A DNA stretch of 30,740 nucleotides from positions 1 to 30,740 of the forward strand of contig JBMFIM010000010.1 of assembly GCA_049976305.1 (NCBI GenBank), written 5' to 3'. This stretch comes from Candidatus Micrarchaeia archaeon. GTDB lineage: Archaea; Micrarchaeota; Micrarchaeia; Micrarchaeales; CABMGC01. Under the pieces are notes generated by a model. The model had not been told where the DNA came from. It was given only the letters and a program-made list of their open reading frames with translations, and made no database searches. The position numbers and the translations under genes were made by a program. Shown piece after piece: positions 26,848-30,740 of this stretch (the first letter of the stretch is position 1; the number at the start of each line of letters is the position of its first letter).

Positions 26848-27070
26848 GTGGAAGAGTCAGGCATAGCCCTCCTTGGTTGGGTTTTTACTAAAGTGCCACT
26901 TATCTCCATCGGTTGCGTATGGCGTTTTCTTATTCTCTAAAGAAAACTAGCATAATCTTTTGGAGGCGTTTGCGTGCCAGTATAAATCTCATCAAACTGC
27001 TATTTCGCAAGAAATTATTTACTAAGTGAATTATCCTTCTCAAAGTGTTATGCAGATTGCGTCATTGCCG

Positions 27071-28342
27071 CTATTGCCTTTTCAGCAGCCATTTCCATAG
27101 AGGAACAAAGGCTATTCTGCTTTCTTTGATTTTTTCTCTGCCTTCGTAATCCAATGTTATTACCAAAAGGTCATCGCACTTCAGCTCTTTGCTGGCCTCG
27201 ATTAGATTTTCAATTTCCCTGCTCTTTATTTCTTCCCTAGATGCCGCTCGCGTTACCTGAATAAGCTGCGACACTCTGTTGCCTGCCTTTATCACAAAAT
27301 CCACCTTTCGCTGTGAGCGGCCTTTCCAGTAATATATTTCAAATCCGTCTTGCGAGGCCCTCCGCTTAAGCTCTATCGCCACGCTTGTTTCCATAAGCCT
27401 GGAAAGAAGGTTATCTGTGTTGAAGCCCAGCATGCTTACTAGGCCAGTGTCTATTGCGTAGGCTTTCTTTGGCGCGATGGCAACCTCCTTCAGCTTGTAA
27501 GAGAACTTTTCTATGACAAATATAAGATATGCTTCCTGCAAATATTTGACCCAGTTTGTCACAGTAATGAGGTTCTTCATTTGCAGTGTTCTTCGCAAAG
27601 AAGAATATGTGAACTCCTGCGAGGAATTGCTTACCAAGAATCTTGCAAGCTGCCTAAGTGCTTCAACCTGCTTTATCCTGTGCCTCTGTATTATGTCCTT
27701 TGTGATTATGTCGCTGTATATGCTTTCCAATGCTGCCCTGCCGTATTTGAAGAATTCAGGGAACCCGCCATTTTGCAGGTAGTCGAGCAAAAGCCTGTTT
27801 ACTGTTGCTCTTTCCTGAGTTGTCAAGACATCGCTTATCTCAACATTCTTGTATCTTAGAAATTCTGAAAAGCTGAACGGAAAGAGCGTCGCGTCTATGT
27901 GCCTGCCTGTAAGCCTTGTCGCAAGTTCGCCGCTAAGCAGCTTCGAATTGGATCCTGTAACGATAACGCGCTTTGTTTCCCTTAGCCTGCTTACAAAAAG
28001 CTCCCAGCCTTCTACATTCTGTACCTCATCGAGTATTATGTTGTCAAGATCGCTTCCATAAAGCTCGTAGAATGCAAGCAATACTGTGTTGAGGTCTTCA
28101 GCGCTCATATTCAGCAACCTTTCATCATCGAAGTTTATGTAGCCGTGCTTTAGCCCATTGAAAAGTTGCATTGCCAAGGTAGACTTGCCGCAGTGCCTCA
28201 CGCCAAGAATGAAAAGAGCGATGTTTGAGGAAAGGTACCTGCGCAGGTCAAGATCCCTTGTTATTATGTGCTCGTTGCTAAGCTTCTGCCTTATCATGTC
28301 TTCCTGCTCTTTGATAATTACCTTAAGTGCTTCTTTGTCCAT
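27071..28342 (-). CDS. AAA_14 ATPase with C-terminal DUF4143 domain
   Basis: Walker A GVRHCGKST, YINFDDERL, Walker B LDEVQ, TGSNS.LLS.E.AT.LTGR, GGFPE, PKK.YAIDTG, YYW...VDF, IQV. Confidence 0.9.
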   Translation of the reverse strand: MDKEALKVIIKEQEDMIRQKLSNEHIITRDLDLRRYLSSNIALFILGVRHCGKSTLAMQLFNGLKHGYINFDDERLLNMSAEDLNTVLLAFYELYGSDLDNIILDEVQNVEGWELFVSRLRETKRVIVTGSNSKLLSGELATRLTGRHIDATLFPFSFSEFLRYKNVEISDVLTTQERATVNRLLLDYLQNGGFPEFFKYGRAALESIYSDIITKDIIQRHRIKQVEALRQLARFLVSNSSQEFTYSSLRRTLQMKNLITVTNWVKYLQEAYLIFVIEKFSYKLKEVAIAPKKAYAIDTGLVSMLGFNTDNLLSRLMETSVAIELKRRASQDGFEIYYWKGRSQRKVDFVIKAGNRVSQLIQVTRAASREEIKSREIENLIEASKELKCDDLLVITLDYEGREKIKESRIAFVPLWKWLLKRQ

Positions 28343-28513
28343 TTATTCGCCTCTTGATAGCATAAATTGCTTGCCGAAGGTAAGCGGGTATATATGCTTT
28401 GCCTTTGCAGGTATTTTACAGTTTACTATATAATTAAGCATAAAATTTATATACTTAACTATATAACTTAAACATATATTCCTGCTCACATATTAAATTA
28501 CTTACTTTATTGC

Positions 28514-28532
28514 ACTAATTTTGAAAATTAGT
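28514..28532. promoter_or_regulatory. Perfect 9-1-9 inverted repeat ACTAATTTT-G-AAAATTAGT, candidate operator
   Basis: Seen directly, in the intergenic region upstream of the ATPase gene. Confidence 0.5.
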
Positions 28533-28581
28533 TCACTGAAGGGAACAAATAACCCTACCATGATCCACTATATAACTTTGA

Positions 28582-28638
28582 CTACGTATCTAACGCTTTC
28601 TCAATCATCTCAAGATCAAAAAGCAGCACATGCCCCTC
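28582..28638 (-). pseudogene. Gene 3'-end remnant, copy 1 (EGHVLLFDLEMIEKALDT*)
   Basis: Shares a 20-bp exact core with 30256-30275. Substitutions between the copies are synonymous in this frame. Confidence 0.6.
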
Positions 28639-28682
28639 TGAAGAGCACTTCCTCCAAATCAATTAACATTTATAAAGTATTT

Positions 28683-28705
28683 AATATTATTAAATAGTAT
28701 AAGAT
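28683..28705 (+). repeat. 23-bp direct repeat, copy A (AATATTATTAAATAGTATAAGAT)
   Basis: 21/23 identical to 30073-30095. Lies 10 nt beyond the stop of the AlbA_2 gene. Confidence 0.6.
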
Positions 28706-28715
28706 TCTAAAAGAA

Positions 28716-30044
28716 TTATGCCTCGTTAAGAACATAGTAGGCTCCGCGCGTCTTGCCTACCCGTTTTATCAAGCCTGCATTCAGCAAGATGTTCAAGTCA
28801 GCGATTGCTGTTGGTATAGAGACCTTGTTCAGCCTTGCATACTCTTTTGTTGTTATTTTGCCTTTGCTTCTTATTTCCTCTATTCCGCGCTTTTGCCTTT
28901 CGTTTAACAGATCAAGGCTGAACCTCCTTCCAAGCTTATTGTACAAAGTTAGGACAAAAAAAGAGCCTACAACGCTGAATTCAGGCAGAGGCATTCCTGC
29001 CTCACTCATGAGCCTTTTTATCATAGGTATGCCCGTAGCCATGCCTTCCATGTAGCCCATGTCGCGCATTAGCTGGTATATGAGCGGGTTCCTCTTTATG
29101 GATATGCCAGCATCAATATGGCTTATATCTATGCCTTCTGGCGGCTTGCCAGGATTTATAAATTCTATTCTGTTGCTGAAAATGCGTATCTGCACGGAGT
29201 CTGCGCTAAAGTAGTCCCTGTGTGCAACCGCATTGACTATGGCTTCCCTTATCGCCCTCTCAGGGTACTCAGGCAGCTCTATTCGCTGCAGACCCTTGAC
29301 TTCGTACATTGTCCTTGTGTTCTTTTTGATAAATTTCATGGCTTCCTCTACATTTTCAGGTATTGTTGCGCGAAGGTCTGTTTTGTCAAGGATCTCGCTC
29401 GAGGCGTCGCTGCCTGAAAAGCTTGCAAGCCTTATCTCGTTTTGCTTGAAGAACCTGAATGGATCCTTGCCGAAGAAAAGTATTGCTGCATTTGTCAACT
29501 GGAGCTTGTTCTGGCGCATGCGCGCAACACCCAGATTCAGAAGCGCGTTCTCTACGCTTGCCAACTCACTCTGCTCTACGGACCTCTTTTTAATGAACTC
29601 TTCTATCTTCGTTCTGTCAATGTCGTCTATTGTTGCGTTTTCGCAGATTTGCCCGTCAAAGTAGAGCATGCCTTTATTTGCAAGAAATTCCCTAAGCTGT
29701 CCTCCTTCTAGCTTGTTGGTTACGCTGCCATGCCTATAGTACACGATGCCCTTGTAGGTGCAGATGCCCTCCTGCTTACTTATTCTTACTACCAAAATGT
29801 TCTTGCCTTCTTCTACTCTTCTTTCTATGCTGTGCATCGGTACCGGACTTACCGCCTGTATGCTGTTTTCTATTTTTTGCTGCACAGCATCCAATTCTTC
29901 TTCGTTTAGACCCACTATGCTGCCATCTTTCTTTACGCCAATTATTATTTCTCCTCCTTCTGTATTTGCAAAGGCGCACACTATCTCAGAGAGGTCTCCT
30001 CCCGCATTTTCCTTCAGCTCTCGAAAGTCGTCTTCGACGTACAT
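28716..30044 (-). CDS. AlbA_2 (Schlafen-like) + HATPase_c_4 + C-terminal wHTH protein
   Basis: ELKE...VCAFANTEGG.IIIGV, AAILFFGK, YPERAIREAIVNAVAHRDY, RIEFINPG, RNPLI, GYME..ATGI, C-terminal ITTKEYA...TA..DL..L...GKTRGAYY. Confidence 0.9.
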   Translation of the reverse strand: MYVEDDFRELKENAGGDLSEIVCAFANTEGGEIIIGVKKDGSIVGLNEEELDAVQQKIENSIQAVSPVPMHSIERRVEEGKNILVVRISKQEGICTYKGIVYYRHGSVTNKLEGGQLREFLANKGMLYFDGQICENATIDDIDRTKIEEFIKKRSVEQSELASVENALLNLGVARMRQNKLQLTNAAILFFGKDPFRFFKQNEIRLASFSGSDASSEILDKTDLRATIPENVEEAMKFIKKNTRTMYEVKGLQRIELPEYPERAIREAIVNAVAHRDYFSADSVQIRIFSNRIEFINPGKPPEGIDISHIDAGISIKRNPLIYQLMRDMGYMEGMATGIPMIKRLMSEAGMPLPEFSVVGSFFVLTLYNKLGRRFSLDLLNERQKRGIEEIRSKGKITTKEYARLNKVSIPTAIADLNILLNAGLIKRVGKTRGAYYVLNEA

Positions 30045-30072
30045 GCAACAATTTTTAATTTATTAATTATTG

Positions 30073-30114
30073 AATAATATTAAATATTATAAGATATAAT
30101 AAGATATTAAAAGA
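30073..30114 (+). repeat. 23-bp direct repeat, copy B (30073-30095), within ~10-bp periodic AAGATAT(A/T)A units
   Basis: AATAATATTAAATATTATAAGAT followed by ATAATAAGAT-ATTAAAAGA. Overlaps the presumed promoter of the AlbA_2 gene. Confidence 0.6.
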
Positions 30115-30239
30115 TTTGCCTTATACCTTATACGGCGTTGGCCAACAATTCAATTAAATAAGCAACAATATGTGCTCTGTTGAATAATTAAGTGTGTGGG
30201 CAGTTATACCTTTTACCCTCGCAAATTGCAGTTATGCAT

Positions 30240-30350
30240 TTACTGAATGCCCAGTGCTTTCTCAATCATCTCAAGGTCAAAAGAAGCACATGCTCCTTCT
30301 CAGCAATGCCCCTCATTTCCTCAGTGAAGCCGCTTTGCTATTAATATGCA
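30240..30350 (-). pseudogene. Frameshifted gene 3'-end remnant, copy 2 (CILIAK/SGFTEEMRGIAEKEHVLL/DLEMIEKALGIQ*), resembling the C-terminus of archaeal ATPase-DUF234 proteins
   Basis: Hand translation needs two frameshifts. KSGFT...VLLFDL is the typical DUF234-ATPase ending (recalled). Abuts the AbiEii-type gene stop. Confidence 0.6.
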
Positions 30351-30351
30351 G

Positions 30352-30738
30352 CTATGCGTTCCTAAATGCATCAAGCACTTCTCCTTTTATCTTGTCAAAA
30401 TCAAGCGACTCAAAATTTCCAACAAGACTCTTTAAATCGGCCCAATACTGCCTCAATTCTTCAACCTTCTTTTCGAAAGAAGTAAATGAGTATCTCTCTT
30501 CTATTTTGTAGCTTTTGAATTTCTCATGGATAAGGCTAACACTAATTTTTGACTTCAAGATGACAGCAAGAATGTAAAGGTCGTATAGGTCCCTGCCTTT
30601 GTGCCTTGTATATATTGCCCTTACCTTCTCTGCCAGTATCTCCTCCCTTTTCATAACCTTTATCTTTGCTACATAATAATCGTTTGCGAGCTCATTGATA
30701 TCAGGATCTAGAAGCGTTTTTTCCATGCTGCAGTCTAT
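30352..30738 (-). CDS. Nucleotidyltransferase, AbiEii/AbiGii toxin family, 5'-truncated by the window edge
   Basis: EEILAEKVRAI..R..GRDLYDLY signature. Frame is open to the right edge. Confidence 0.85.
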   Translation of the reverse strand: MDCSMEKTLLDPDINELANDYYVAKIKVMKREEILAEKVRAIYTRHKGRDLYDLYILAVILKSKISVSLIHEKFKSYKIEERYSFTSFEKKVEELRQYWADLKSLVGNFESLDFDKIKGEVLDAFRNA

Positions 30739-30740
30739 GT

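Noticed and set aside
26848..27070. Short ORFs and a possible third copy of the gene-tail repeat (TTCTCAA near 27037)
   Set aside because: Only ~7 bp match, and the translations give nothing recognisable.
28595..30293. CRISPR array or IS terminal repeats
   Set aside because: Only two direct copies 1.66 kb apart, with no spacer periodicity, no cas or transposase gene, and no inverted ends.
30194..30511. 105-aa plus-strand ORF
   Set aside because: It is antisense to the AbiEii-type gene and the ATPase-tail remnant, which explain the region better.

Overview
Archaeal chromosomal segment. TFB, RpoL, eS1/uS15/eS19/eL39/eL31, archaeal-type ValRS and BRE-TATA promoters show it is archaeal. Divergent core proteins and broken canonical operons suggest a DPANN lineage such as Micrarchaeota (inference only). 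Left to right: an AT-rich orphan ORF open to the window edge; divergent pyrD / carA-carB; a membrane protein; the minus-strand run valS, rps15, rps3ae, MEMO1, NodU/CmcH carbamoyltransferase, thrS; tfb-hypothetical-pfdA-ftsY; rpoL-DUF99; rps19e-PDCD5-rpl39e-rpl31e; a Grs/Gms-like radical SAM enzyme; a DtxR regulator plus Ni/Co-type transporter; class II lysS; a sulfatase-like hydrolase; and a variable defence-like island (AAA_14/DUF4143 ATPase, AlbA_2-HATPase-HTH, AbiEii-type nucleotidyltransferase). Best unexplained signals: (1) a 38-codon leaderless uORF with a pyrimidine tract ending 1 nt before carA, a candidate archaeal attenuator; (2) two remnants of the same gene 3' end plus 23-bp direct repeats nested around island cassettes; (3) a Grs-like lipid-modifying enzyme; (4) a ~96-nt stem-loop upstream of valS; (5) a chimeric ThrRS; (6) paired Asn->Lys and Ser->Gly changes in the CarB K+ loop. 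No tRNA, rRNA, CRISPR array, integrase or transposase was recognised. All family calls come from motif recognition, not database searches.
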